Source: Candidatus Latescibacterota bacterium (GTDB taxonomy: Bacteria > Latescibacterota > UBA2968 > UBA8231). From it: a DNA stretch of 64,000 nucleotides. Shown in pieces: positions 38,869 to 48,870 of this stretch; the stretch's first letter is position 1, and every line of letters starts with the position of its first letter. Location of the stretch: contig OZ242318.1 of NCBI GenBank assembly GCA_965208105.1, positions 4,576,001 through 4,640,000 on the forward strand. Reading direction: 5' to 3'. A model generated the notes under the pieces. It was not told where the DNA came from and ran no database searches. It saw only the letters and a program-made list of their open reading frames with translations. Made by a program: the position numbers and the translations under genes.

Positions 38869-40065
38869 TTGACATTGATTGCGCCGTTTTCCCCTATGCC
38901 GGACGGAAGGAGGAAATTTATCGTGCCTGCCCTGGCGACCACCGTGATCGTCCCAATCCTCATCTTCGTCCTTGCTGAGAAAACGCACGGCGAGGAGATG
39001 GATTCGAAGACTTTGCCAGAAGAGGTCCAATCCATGAACGTGATGGTAGATGTCAAACCGGCCGACCGCGGCAAGACACTTCCTTCCTGCCTCGTTCCCC
39101 TGATGCAGACCCTTGGCCGGCCGCAGTGGTCCGTAGACCGGCTGAAGGGGATCATGGGCCACGCCTTCCACTTCGAGATGAAGGAGGGAGGCGGACCCCT
39201 CATGCACGACAACCTCGACTGGGGGCCTGCGCTGGACTTCCTTCCCCAGCTGGCGGTGTTCCGTACCTTCGAAGCAACCAAGCGCGATACGGGCGCCGAT
39301 CTGCCTGCGCTCAAGCGGGAGTCGAGAGACGCGGTGCGGACGAGTCTGCAGCGAGGCATCCCCGTTCTGGCATGGCAGCCGATGAGTCTCGAACAGAAGG
39401 CGAGCGACCACCCAGCGCACAGCGCCTACTGCTGGGGTTTGATCGTGGGATACAATGTAGAGGATGAGACCTACTCGGTCCGTCATCCATTCGTAGCGGA
39501 CACCTACACCGTTCGATATGACGCCATCGGACATACCGACCCGGCCGAGTGGTTCAATATCACCGTCTTCGACCAGCCGGCCTCAGTCAACGAGAAGAAG
39601 TTGCATTTGGATGCTCTCAGGAACGCGGTCGCCTTTGCCCACGAAACCCGGTTTGCGGCCGATGTCGAAAGGGATGCGAAGCGCCGGGAGAGTCCACACG
39701 GCTTCTCGGCATACGAACTCTGGCAAGAAGCATTTCAGTCGGAGGACGTTCCGCTGGAACCTTCGCGCTACCACGCGCATGTCCTGAGGGAGAGGCGCAT
39801 TTCCGCCGCAGCCTACCTCCGGGGTCTCGTCCCCCATTTTCCCCAGGCGGCCGAACCGCTCGATGCAGCGGCTGCCCATTACGACCGTGAGCTGCAGTCA
39901 CTGAATAAGCTGTACGATCTCTGCGCCGCAGCGAAAGACCGGGGAGCATTCAGACCGGGGGACCGTGAAGAGGCACAAAGGTTGATCGCTGCGGCGTTGA
40001 AGGCGGACCGGGAGGCAATCGCCGGCATCGAGGCGACGCTCGCTCTTATCGACGGGAGGCTCTAA
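38869..40065 (+). CDS. Hypothetical protein (possible BtrH-N/C39-like fold plus helical C-terminus)
   Basis: Long ORF with gene-like codon usage; RGIPVLAW...WGLIVGYN. Start uncertain. Confidence 0.55.
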   Translation: MTLIAPFSPMPDGRRKFIVPALATTVIVPILIFVLAEKTHGEEMDSKTLPEEVQSMNVMVDVKPADRGKTLPSCLVPLMQTLGRPQWSVDRLKGIMGHAFHFEMKEGGGPLMHDNLDWGPALDFLPQLAVFRTFEATKRDTGADLPALKRESRDAVRTSLQRGIPVLAWQPMSLEQKASDHPAHSAYCWGLIVGYNVEDETYSVRHPFVADTYTVRYDAIGHTDPAEWFNITVFDQPASVNEKKLHLDALRNAVAFAHETRFAADVERDAKRRESPHGFSAYELWQEAFQSEDVPLEPSRYHAHVLRERRISAAAYLRGLVPHFPQAAEPLDAAAAHYDRELQSLNKLYDLCAAAKDRGAFRPGDREEAQRLIAAALKADREAIAGIEATLALIDGRL

Positions 40066-40103
40066 AGGACCTCAACCGCCAGCAGGAAAGGATTCGTGCT
40101 AAA

Positions 40104-40601
40104 ATGCGATTTTGGATCGACACCGAGTACCACGACACCGGAAAGCATGTGGAGCTCATCAGCCTTGGCGCCCTGGCGGAGGACGGCCGCGAGTTCTATG
40201 CCATCTCGACCGAGTTCACCCCCGGCGAACTGCTCCCCTGGACAAAGGAGAACGTGCTCCCGCATTTGTCCCCGCGGGATTCCGGGGACTGGAAGAGCCT
40301 GCAGGAAATCGGGTCGGATTTTCTAGCCTTTGTCGGCGATTCCCCGGCCGAGTTCTGGTCCTACATCGCTACCTACGACTGGTACCTGGTCACCAGGTTG
40401 CTGCCCTATGGCCTGAACGGCCTGCCGGAAAACTGGCCATTCGAGTGCTGGGATCTGCATCAGTGGTCTTGGCGGCTCGGCAATCCCGAGTTGCCCGAAC
40501 CGGAAAATGAGGCCCATCACGCCCTGAGCGACGCCCATTGGCACCGTCAGGTGTACGAGTTCCTGGCGGCCTACGAGAATTCAAACCGGGGAATGAAGTA
40601 A
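40104..40601 (+). CDS. 3'-5' exoribonuclease, Rv2179c-like DEDDh family
   Basis: MRFWIDTEY...ELISLGALAEDGREFYA...WTKENVLPHL...HHALSDAHW. Confidence 0.85.
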   Translation: MRFWIDTEYHDTGKHVELISLGALAEDGREFYAISTEFTPGELLPWTKENVLPHLSPRDSGDWKSLQEIGSDFLAFVGDSPAEFWSYIATYDWYLVTRLLPYGLNGLPENWPFECWDLHQWSWRLGNPELPEPENEAHHALSDAHWHRQVYEFLAAYENSNRGMK

Positions 40602-40727
40602 GAAAACTCCTGCCAGCGCGTTCGTGTCCGGGTTCAGTCTTCGGACCTGAGCGCAACTTCCGCGCGGTTGGGCGCGAAAATCAAATGATCGGGGAGGTCG
40701 GGGCCAACGTGGATTCAGCAGTGGTCC

Positions 40728-41294
40728 CTAAACGATTTCGGCAGTATCTCGCAGGCGGTTCCACATTTGCTCGACACCCAAAGCGACCGCCCATTTATTC
40801 AGGTAGTTCAGATCCAAACCGGCGTGTTGAACTTCAAAGATGCGCAAGGCATCCGTGAACTGTTTCTCGCTTCCTCCCGACTTCACTGCCCATTGCAATT
40901 TAGCAAGAATGGTATCTTCGGGACTGGATATTTTCAAGTTCACTCCCAACACGTTTTCTGCGTACTTGCGCGTAAAACGCGACTGATCGAAGGCTTGTTC
41001 GGTCAAAACCCAAAAGTCTACTTTATCCCCTTCTACTAGATCTATCAGGTTGAACATCGACCTGTCGGAAATGGCTTCTCGCATGGATTCTGCATCCAGG
41101 TAGTAGGCGGGTGGCGGAAAGGCACCAACCAGGTTCTCGATGTCAGTTTCTTGCATGGCAACAACCACATCGATGTCATGGGTCGATCGCGGTTCCCCCT
41201 GAAGACTCGAAGCCACGGAACCGGTAATCATGTGGTCGATGTCGTAGCGGGCAAGCGTTTCCACGACCTTTTTCAGTAGTTCCTGTTGTGACAT
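40728..41294 (-). CDS. Nucleotidyltransferase-domain protein
   Basis: HMITGSVASSLQGEPRSTHDIDVV...SPEDTILAKLQW...KQFTDA...LDLNYLNKWA. Confidence 0.8.
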   Translation of the reverse strand: MSQQELLKKVVETLARYDIDHMITGSVASSLQGEPRSTHDIDVVVAMQETDIENLVGAFPPPAYYLDAESMREAISDRSMFNLIDLVEGDKVDFWVLTEQAFDQSRFTRKYAENVLGVNLKISSPEDTILAKLQWAVKSGGSEKQFTDALRIFEVQHAGLDLNYLNKWAVALGVEQMWNRLRDTAEIV

Positions 41295-41488
41295 CTATCC
41301 AGGCGATCTCTGAGCATCCGCGAGAACTGGGGCGCCGAGAGGTGAGCGTATTTCTTTTTCAACCCATGGACAAAAAGTTGGTTTGCAAAAGAAGAAAGCT
41401 CAAAGGCTTTCAGCAGCCTTTTCTCAGGGGTCATTTTGCGCAGGGTCTTGATGTACAATCGATGGTTCGGACGTTTTTTCGGATTCAT
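41273..41488 (-). CDS. Small basic protein overlapping the nucleotidyltransferase (putative antitoxin-like partner)
   Basis: 71 aa, LRKMTPEKRLLKAFELS motif; overlaps the downstream start. Confidence 0.6.
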   Translation of the reverse strand: MNPKKRPNHRLYIKTLRKMTPEKRLLKAFELSSFANQLFVHGLKKKYAHLSAPQFSRMLRDRLDRCHNRNY

Positions 41489-41504
41489 TGTTTGCGGCCC
41501 TGCG

Positions 41505-42299
41505 TCAGTCGTTCCACGATTCGCAGCCCTGGAATGGCATGTGTTCTCCGGGCTTGAAAGCGGGGCGCCGGGCATAGATGTTGGCGATTGCGGGGTCGGG
41601 CTCGCCGCGGAATAGAATGCACTCGTGGTGATCCCTCTTGACCCAGGTGGTGGTGGGGATGTAGCGCAGGGTCAGTCCCACGCGCCATCTGGCCGAAGTG
41701 TTGGGGTTCGATCCGTGGATGATCCTGGGATTGTGGATCGAGACGTCTCCTGGACCGAGCTCCAGGTCCACCGCGTTGGTGTCGTCGACCTGGTCCGGAC
41801 GCATCCCAAAGTGTAGCACGTACTTTTTCGGGTCGAGGTCGACGAGTTCGCTGCGTTCCATCAGGGGATTGTTCTGGGTTCCCGGGAGAACCCGTATGCA
41901 GCCGTTGGCCACCGTCGATTCGGTTCCGGCGACCCAGAGCGACGTCACCTCCATGGGCTCGATAGGCCAGTAGGCCCCGTCCGGGTGCCACTGTACCGCC
42001 TGGCCCTCGAAGGGCTTTTTGGCGATGTAGTGGGCACCGAAGAGGGCGACGCCGGGGCTGATGAACCGGGCGGCGATGTCGAGGAGGCGATGGTCACCTG
42101 CGAGGCGGTGCATGAACGGGTCGTGCACCAGCATCGCGTGATGGAAACGTTCCGGGCGCACGTCCGGATGTCTCTTGCAGAGCCAGTGGACGTGGTCGAC
42201 GCTTTCCTGAGCCAGGTCCGGGTCTATGGCGTTGCGGACGATTACGTAGCCCTTCTCGTCGTACTCTTCTCTGATATCGGCTATGATGGTTGAGTCCAT
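41505..42299 (-). CDS. Phytanoyl-CoA dioxygenase (PhyH) family Fe/2OG oxygenase
   Basis: EYDEKGYVIV; WHPDGAYW; NGCIRVLPGT; IIHGSNPNTS..WR. Confidence 0.92.
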   Translation of the reverse strand: MDSTIIADIREEYDEKGYVIVRNAIDPDLAQESVDHVHWLCKRHPDVRPERFHHAMLVHDPFMHRLAGDHRLLDIAARFISPGVALFGAHYIAKKPFEGQAVQWHPDGAYWPIEPMEVTSLWVAGTESTVANGCIRVLPGTQNNPLMERSELVDLDPKKYVLHFGMRPDQVDDTNAVDLELGPGDVSIHNPRIIHGSNPNTSARWRVGLTLRYIPTTTWVKRDHHECILFRGEPDPAIANIYARRPAFKPGEHMPFQGCESWND

Positions 42300-42377
42300 G
42301 AGCTCCCTCAGGCAGAATTTGGGGGGTGTGCCGCCCGGTCGTTCGATTTTGAAATTAAGACAGCAAGGAGCGCCCGA

Positions 42378-44171
42378 TCAAGGTTCGCCGAGCTCCTGAT
42401 GCAGGCGCAGGCAGATGGCCGCTGTCCAGCCGTACTCGAAGGCGCCGAGGCCCTCCCCGGTTTGTGAATCGAACAGCTCGCGCAGGTTGCCGTCAGCTAC
42501 CATCATGCGGTAGAGGCGCTCGCGGGCGCTCGTCGCCGCCTCGGTGAAGTCCAGTTTGTCGAGCACCATGAGCATGAGATAGGCGACGTTGATCCAGGTG
42601 GGGCCCCGCCACCATTGCCCGGATTGGTAGGAAGGCTCGTCGTAGGCCACCACCGGGAAGGGCACCTCGGCGAAGAAGCAGGCGGGGTTCAGCAGGTAGT
42701 CGGCGACAGCCCGCTTTGCCGCCCCCGGGGGCAGCGGTACACCCGCCAGCAGGGGAAGGAAGCACGCCGGGGTCTTGATGCGCACAGGATGGCCGTGCTC
42801 TACGCCGAGGTCCCAGAACAGCCCCGTCTCCCGGTCGTAGAGAACTTCCACCATGCGGGCGGCATATGCTTCTGCCTGTGCCCCGAGCTCTTCGGCACCG
42901 GCCTCGTCGCCTCCGATGCGGGCGAATTGGGCGCAGGCGCGCATCTGCAGGAGCAGGTAGCTGTTGAGATCGCAGGCGACGATGGGGCCCTGGTCAAAGC
43001 GGGGCGAATCGTCCCAACCGACCTCCATTCCGTTGAGGGCGGCCACAAGGCCGAAGCGGGTCATGCGCTGGGAGAGCCACCACCGGGTGTTGCGGCGCAG
43101 ACCGGGGAGAAGCCGGGCGGCAAGGCGCTCGTCTCCCGTTTTCTCCACCATTCTCGCTGCGGCCCAGCCCACCAGGGGCGGCTGCGACTGTCCTGGGTGG
43201 ACCCAGGTGGAGCAGATGAAAGCGGGCATCTTGCCGTCCACCCGCAGGTTTTCGACGAAGAGCATGAGGCTGTCGGCGGCCAGCCGCGGATTGAATAGCT
43301 CCGTTCCGAGGTTCTGAAAACAGCTGTCCCAGAGATAGGGGGAGGGATAGGTCCCCCTGCTGGGAAAGGCGCCGATGCGGTCCTGCAGAAGGCCGGGGCA
43401 CGCCGCACTGTTGCTCAGCAGGGTGTAGACGGCGCGCGCCAGCACCGCGGCCTCGGCAGGGTCGCCTGCGGCCAGGTCGAGTCCGCCCATGGCATCGGCC
43501 CACCAGGCCATGGTGCGCTGCATCGCCGCCGCGGCCGAGGAGCTCGCCCCCTTCAGCCTGGTGATAACGGAGTGGTGGTCGACCTCCAGCACGCGGGCCG
43601 TGAAGACCAGCACCAGCCGGCCCCGGGAATCGGCGTCGATGCGCAGTGGCTCCACCAGCCCGTCCCCGCCGGCCGCCGCGCCCCGGACGATGCGCAGGCC
43701 GAGGACGAAGGGGAAGGTGAAGTCCGGGTCGCGCCGGTCCACTGTGGGCAGATAGCCATCGAAGATCAGCGTTCTTCGGTCCACCTCCCTGCGGCGCTTC
43801 TCGGTGAGGCCCGGGTGGCCTCCCGGATTGAACTCCAGCCCCGGCAGGCCCTCGCAATCCACCACCCAGGTGTTGTGGCTGCAAAAGGCGATCCGCGCCC
43901 GGGCGCGACCCAGGTGCTGGGTTATGCCCGCGGCGCTGCGCAGGTGCGGCTTCTCCGGGTCGGGCAGGCGCAGGAAGGGCTTCAGGAAGGTGGTCTTCCT
44001 GCGGTTGTAGTAGAGGAACAGGGCGGCGATGCCTCCGCCTTTGTCCACTTCCAGGCCGACGTCGGAGTAGAAAAGGCTGAACCCGCGGTCGGCCCCTGAA
44101 AGGTCCAGGTCATCTCCGAGGAGACCCGCCAGTTTGTTCGCCGCCCGCAGGCGAATCGCACTATCCTCCAT
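42378..44171 (-). CDS. Glycoside hydrolase, GH63/MGH1/trehalase-like (alpha/alpha)6 barrel
   Basis: YLWDSCF, SQPPLVGW, EVGWDDSPRFD, WWRGPTWINV and LRELFDSQTGEG motifs. Confidence 0.85.
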   Translation of the reverse strand: MEDSAIRLRAANKLAGLLGDDLDLSGADRGFSLFYSDVGLEVDKGGGIAALFLYYNRRKTTFLKPFLRLPDPEKPHLRSAAGITQHLGRARARIAFCSHNTWVVDCEGLPGLEFNPGGHPGLTEKRRREVDRRTLIFDGYLPTVDRRDPDFTFPFVLGLRIVRGAAAGGDGLVEPLRIDADSRGRLVLVFTARVLEVDHHSVITRLKGASSSAAAAMQRTMAWWADAMGGLDLAAGDPAEAAVLARAVYTLLSNSAACPGLLQDRIGAFPSRGTYPSPYLWDSCFQNLGTELFNPRLAADSLMLFVENLRVDGKMPAFICSTWVHPGQSQPPLVGWAAARMVEKTGDERLAARLLPGLRRNTRWWLSQRMTRFGLVAALNGMEVGWDDSPRFDQGPIVACDLNSYLLLQMRACAQFARIGGDEAGAEELGAQAEAYAARMVEVLYDRETGLFWDLGVEHGHPVRIKTPACFLPLLAGVPLPPGAAKRAVADYLLNPACFFAEVPFPVVAYDEPSYQSGQWWRGPTWINVAYLMLMVLDKLDFTEAATSARERLYRMMVADGNLRELFDSQTGEGLGAFEYGWTAAICLRLHQELGEP

Positions 44172-44196
44172 CTCACTCCTCCCCCTAACCGGATTT

Positions 44197-47136
44197 TCAG
44201 ATGGGACGCCCGAACTCGGTAAAGCCCACCAGGGCGCGGGCGAAGAACGACCAGCGATCGTATGCGCGCAGGCCCTCGAACTCCGCGTCGTAGACCTTCT
44301 GGTCCCGCGTGATCCCCACCAAGGAGACCAGATCGTAGCCGAAGTACTTCGAGCGGTTGATCAGGGTCGCGAAGGCGGTGCGCTGAGCGAAGCTGTCGCG
44401 CCTGGAGCGATGCTCCCTGCGGCGGTAGGGAATGCCGCCAAATCCCTGCACACCGGAGCGCAGGCTCGTGCGCGGCAACAGGGCGTACTCCAGGCGCAGG
44501 ATGGGGATGGAGCGCAGCTCGCTGCGCAGCTCCGAGCCGCGGTCGGCGTCGCGCAGCCAAAGCCGCATGAGCTTGTACTGGGGGGTGAGGCTCAGGCGGC
44601 CCCAGCTCCGGGTGTACTGGATGCGATTGACCCAGGTCAACAAATCGAGCCTCCGGCCGCGCTGGAAGCGGCCGTTGTAGAGGCGCCCGCCCCGTTGCCA
44701 GTTGGCCTGGAAGCGCAGCTTCTGCACCACCTCCAGCGCGGGCAAGGGGTAGACGCGGCCTTCCAGGAAAGTCTCGTTGACGTAGCTGTCCTGGAAGAAT
44801 AGCAGGTCCGGGGTGAAGTGGCTGGTGAAAATCGGCGGCTTGTTGACCAGGATGAACTCGATATTGTTGCCGGCGCCCAGACCACCGAAGCCGAAAATCC
44901 GGGTGCGGTCGGAGTTCTCGTTCATCACCAGGTACTCGTCGGGGATGTCGTCTTGGACCTGGCGCAGGTTGTTCTCGAAGAAGAGCCTTTGGCGGCCGTC
45001 CACCGACTTCCTCTCGAAGCTGAGGATGGCATAGCTGGTGCAGTTTCGGCCCCCGCCGGCAATCTGATCTACCTGGTAGCGCCCCAGGGCCAGCGCCAGG
45101 TTGCGGCGCAGGTCGATCTGGGCGAAGAGATGGTAGCCCTCCTGGTCGTGGTCGTAGGGATAGTCGGGGTGGCCGTCGTCCTCGCGATGGTCGGGCTCGC
45201 CATTGTGGTTGCGGTCGAGGCCGTAGACATAGGAGTTGGGTTCGACGTCGAACATCAGAAAGGGTTCCTCGAAGTCCGGGACGAGGTCGCCGTCGCGGTT
45301 GATCTCCGGAAAGCCGTCCCTGTCGGCGTCCTGGGACAGGAAGACGCCGTCCAGGTCGAATGCCTCGCCGTCGATGGCGAACCCCTCGATGTTGCCGACC
45401 CTGCGGTCGGGGAAGCGGTCGCCGTCGTCGTTGTCCTGCACCAGGTCCCAGTATACCGTCTCGTTGATCATGCCGAGCACATTGCCGCGGGGAGGCTGCC
45501 CGGCCAGGTAGGTGCGGTAGCTGGTGGTGAAGCGGGGGTCGGTGGAGAACAGCTCGGCCCCCACCCTTCCGCCAGAGAGCCAGTGGGTTGCGTTGAGGTA
45601 GTAGGCCCTGCCCCGGCTCGAGAACCGGGGACCGGCGCCGAAGTCGGGCTCGCCCCCCGCGTGTGCAGGATAGCGCGAATACAGGGTGGAGAAGGCGTAC
45701 TCCCCTTTCACCTCCAACCCCGGAATGGAAAATGCAAGGTCCGCGCTGAAGGTGGAAATCCCCGTGTTCTCTCCCACCTGGAAGCGCAGCTTCCTGAGGT
45801 TGGCGCCGTCGCGGACGTTGCCGGCGGAGCGGGCCGCGGTGCGGTAGAAGGTTGTGTTGTAGCGGGAGTAGTAGTTCTTCGCCCGGGCGCTGACCTCGGT
45901 CAAGGTGGCCACGTCCACCCTGAAGTCGTTCCCCAGCAGGGCCTCGACCTCCACCGACTCCACCCGGGGTTCCCCCGAGGTGTCGAAGAGAAAAACCAGT
46001 TGCTCCTCGCCGTCGGCGCGCAGGACAGCGTCCGCCGGCTCCAGGTGAAAATTGGCCACCAGGCCGCCGACCTGTGCAGCGCCGCTCACGTCCACGCCGG
46101 CTTCGTGATCGAGGCGGTAGAAGTAGTCGGCAAAGAGAGGTGTTTGGTCGCGGCCGCGGTAGAACAGGCGATGGCCGCGGAACTGGCGGTAATCCACGGC
46201 CCGGAACCGTCCCGTCGCCGCGGACAGGGACCCCACCTGGGGTGAGGCGCCGGCCTGGTGCCGGATCACGCGGGGCCGGAGGTCGGGCCGCTGCTCGCCG
46301 TTGACCACGAGCACCACCTGCTGAACCAGGGCGCCGCCGATGTTGTCGGCCGGCGAGTCGTCGGAAAAGCGCACGATCACCCAGTCTATCAGGGGTTGCT
46401 CGGGCCGCAGTACGCCCCGGAGGCTGTTGCCCGGCATGGTGCTGCGGTAGACGTGAGAGTTGGCGAGGTTGACGCCCAGGGTGGCGCTGCCCAGTTCGGC
46501 CTGGGCACGACCGCCCGCGAGAAGGGTGGAGTCGTCGGCGTAGTGGGTCATGCCGTCCATCCAGAGGCAACAGTTGGACGCAATCCGGATGACGTGGGGA
46601 CGCTCTATGCGCGACGCCAGCCCGGTGAGCTTGAGGCGCGGCAGGGCAAGGTCGAAGCGGAAGCCGTTGAAATCGGTCATCGACAGGACCAGCGGCGAAA
46701 GGCGGGCGATCATGTTGTCCGCCACGATCAGGCTGTAGCCCCAGTTGCCGTAGCCGTCGCGGCCCAGCACCGTGGCGTCGTAGACCTTGTTCCAGGTCAG
46801 GTTGTACATCTCGTTTGGTTTGAAGATGGAGCTGCCATACTCCTGTCCGGGGGCACGGTTCTCGTTCCAGGAGTACAGATCGTAGCCGGTGATCAACTCG
46901 GTGCCCAGAGGGCCGTAGAAGGTCCGTGGCTCGTCGGTGTATGGAACGGTGTGGTTGGGGTAGTTGCGGTAGTCCTTCATGGCGTAGTTGCGGTAGGGAG
47001 GCCGGTCCCAGCGCAGAAACGGCCGCGCCGAGGTCAATTGCGGAGATCCCAGGGCGGCGCCCGCATCGACCTGGGCGGCGGCACCGGCGATCAGCAACAG
47101 CGCCAGCAGACTGCTAATTGTGGTCGATATCCTCAT
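44197..47136 (-). CDS. Large exported protein, putative outer-membrane barrel paralog C
   Basis: Signal peptide; YRNYA, FSDDSP, NDFRVD, LVQDNDDGDRFPD, DRDGFPEINRDGDLVPDFEEPFL and YVYGLDRNHNG are all shared with paralogs A and B. Confidence 0.7.
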   Translation of the reverse strand: MRISTTISSLLALLLIAGAAAQVDAGAALGSPQLTSARPFLRWDRPPYRNYAMKDYRNYPNHTVPYTDEPRTFYGPLGTELITGYDLYSWNENRAPGQEYGSSIFKPNEMYNLTWNKVYDATVLGRDGYGNWGYSLIVADNMIARLSPLVLSMTDFNGFRFDLALPRLKLTGLASRIERPHVIRIASNCCLWMDGMTHYADDSTLLAGGRAQAELGSATLGVNLANSHVYRSTMPGNSLRGVLRPEQPLIDWVIVRFSDDSPADNIGGALVQQVVLVVNGEQRPDLRPRVIRHQAGASPQVGSLSAATGRFRAVDYRQFRGHRLFYRGRDQTPLFADYFYRLDHEAGVDVSGAAQVGGLVANFHLEPADAVLRADGEEQLVFLFDTSGEPRVESVEVEALLGNDFRVDVATLTEVSARAKNYYSRYNTTFYRTAARSAGNVRDGANLRKLRFQVGENTGISTFSADLAFSIPGLEVKGEYAFSTLYSRYPAHAGGEPDFGAGPRFSSRGRAYYLNATHWLSGGRVGAELFSTDPRFTTSYRTYLAGQPPRGNVLGMINETVYWDLVQDNDDGDRFPDRRVGNIEGFAIDGEAFDLDGVFLSQDADRDGFPEINRDGDLVPDFEEPFLMFDVEPNSYVYGLDRNHNGEPDHREDDGHPDYPYDHDQEGYHLFAQIDLRRNLALALGRYQVDQIAGGGRNCTSYAILSFERKSVDGRQRLFFENNLRQVQDDIPDEYLVMNENSDRTRIFGFGGLGAGNNIEFILVNKPPIFTSHFTPDLLFFQDSYVNETFLEGRVYPLPALEVVQKLRFQANWQRGGRLYNGRFQRGRRLDLLTWVNRIQYTRSWGRLSLTPQYKLMRLWLRDADRGSELRSELRSIPILRLEYALLPRTSLRSGVQGFGGIPYRRREHRSRRDSFAQRTAFATLINRSKYFGYDLVSLVGITRDQKVYDAEFEGLRAYDRWSFFARALVGFTEFGRPI

Positions 47137-47439
47137 ATTTGCCGAGGTCCCGCGAATGGCAGTGCCCGGCCACGTGGAGCTGAATCATGGCGCAGATCAC
47201 AGGGCCCACCTCGCTTCTTTGAATAAAACGAATGATCTTCAACTCTCTCCGGGTTTCCCCCAAGGTGAGGACTTCTCTTGGGTTGCTGTCTAGAAGGTGA
47301 AGAACCGAGACCGCTGCTGCAAGTGGAAAGTTCAGTTGCCCGCGGCCTGGCAGGTAGCCTTTAATTTGAGAGTAAACAGGGTCTTAATTATATTTCTGGA
47401 AGGAGTTGGGCGCCTCGCGACTGGAAATGGGAAAGGTAG

Positions 47440-48870
47440 ATGGCCGCAGTGGAAGATTTGGCCTGGACCGACGCCCTCGGTCAGGCCGAGCTGGTGCGCA
47501 AAAAGGAGATCAGCGCCGCCGAACTGGTGGAGGCGGCCATCTCCCGCATAGAGCATCTGAATCCTCGTCTCAATGCGGTGATCACACCCATGTACGAACA
47601 CGCCCGGGAAAGGGCGCGGAGTCCAGGCTCCGGCCCCTTCGCGGGGGTGCCGTTCCTGCTCAAGGACCTGCTGGCCGAGTACGCCGGCTTCCGCTTTACC
47701 CAGGGCACCGCCTTCCTGCGGGACTACGTGTCGAAGCATGACACCGAGCTGGTGAAGCGCCTCAAGCGCTGCGGCCTGATTGTGGTGGGCAAGACCAACG
47801 CGCCGGAGCTCGGAGTGGGTCCGACCACCGAGCCCCGGCTGTTCGGACCCACCCGCAATCCCTGGGACCTGGAGCGGACTCCGGGCGGGTCCAGCGGCGG
47901 TTCGGCGGCGGCCGTCGCTGCCGGTCTGGTCCCCATGGCTCATGGCAACGACGCAGGGGGATCCATTCGCGTGCCGGCTTCGTGCTGCGGGGTGTTCGGA
48001 CTCAAACCGACGCGGGCGCGCAATCCCCTCGGACCCGACTGCGGCGACATCTTCAGCGGCCTAGTTGCCGAGCATGCCCTGACTCGCTCGGTGCGCGACA
48101 GCGCCGCGCTGCTGGACGCGACCTCCGGGGCCGACCCGGGGGATCCCTACTGGGCCCCGCCTCCCCGGCGGCCCTTCCTGCAGGAAGTGGGCGCCGATCC
48201 GGGCGCGCTGCGCCTCGCCTTCACCGCCAGGGATCCTTTGGCCGGGGAGGTGGACGCGGACGCCGAGGCCGCCGTAGCTTCCAGTGCGGAACTCTGCGCC
48301 GCGTTGGGTCACGAGGTTGTGGAAGCGAGTCCGGATGTGGACTTCGAGCTTTTGTGGAAGAGCTTCACCACGGTGTTGGCGGCGGGATTCTGCTGGATCG
48401 TCGACGACCTCGGCAGCAAGACCGGCCGCCCTCCGGCGCCCGAGTTCTTCGAGCCCTTCGTATGGGCTTTCGTCTCCAGGGGACGCCGGATCAGCGCCTC
48501 CGAATACCTCGCCCACGTGCAAGTCCTGCAGCAAATGACCAGGCGCGTCGCCCGGTTCTTCAAGGACCACGACGTCTGGCTCACCCCTACCACCGGTTCG
48601 GCGCCTGTGCCCCTGGGCAGCTTTGCCTACTCGGGCGGTGATCCATTCGAGGTGCGACGGCGCATGGCCGCCTTCACTCCCTTCACCTACGTCGCCAATG
48701 CCACCGGCCAGCCGGCCATGTCCGTACCTCTCCACTGGAATGGGGAGGGCATGCCCCTGGGCAGCCAGTTCGTCGCCCGCTTCGGCGACGAGGCCACCCT
48801 TCTGCGGCTGGCTGCACAGCTCGAAGAGGCTCGGCCCTGGTCGAGGCGCCGCCCCCCGGTGGCCGCGTGA
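47440..48870 (+). CDS. Amidase signature family protein
   Basis: GVPFLLKD; GKTNAPE; [12 protein letters not shown]; [10 protein letters not shown]. Confidence 0.95.
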   Translation: MAAVEDLAWTDALGQAELVRKKEISAAELVEAAISRIEHLNPRLNAVITPMYEHARERARSPGSGPFAGVPFLLKDLLAEYAGFRFTQGTAFLRDYVSKHDTELVKRLKRCGLIVVGKTNAPELGVGPTTEPRLFGPTRNPWDLERTPGGSSGGSAAAVAAGLVPMAHGNDAGGSIRVPASCCGVFGLKPTRARNPLGPDCGDIFSGLVAEHALTRSVRDSAALLDATSGADPGDPYWAPPPRRPFLQEVGADPGALRLAFTARDPLAGEVDADAEAAVASSAELCAALGHEVVEASPDVDFELLWKSFTTVLAAGFCWIVDDLGSKTGRPPAPEFFEPFVWAFVSRGRRISASEYLAHVQVLQQMTRRVARFFKDHDVWLTPTTGSAPVPLGSFAYSGGDPFEVRRRMAAFTPFTYVANATGQPAMSVPLHWNGEGMPLGSQFVARFGDEATLLRLAAQLEEARPWSRRRPPVAA

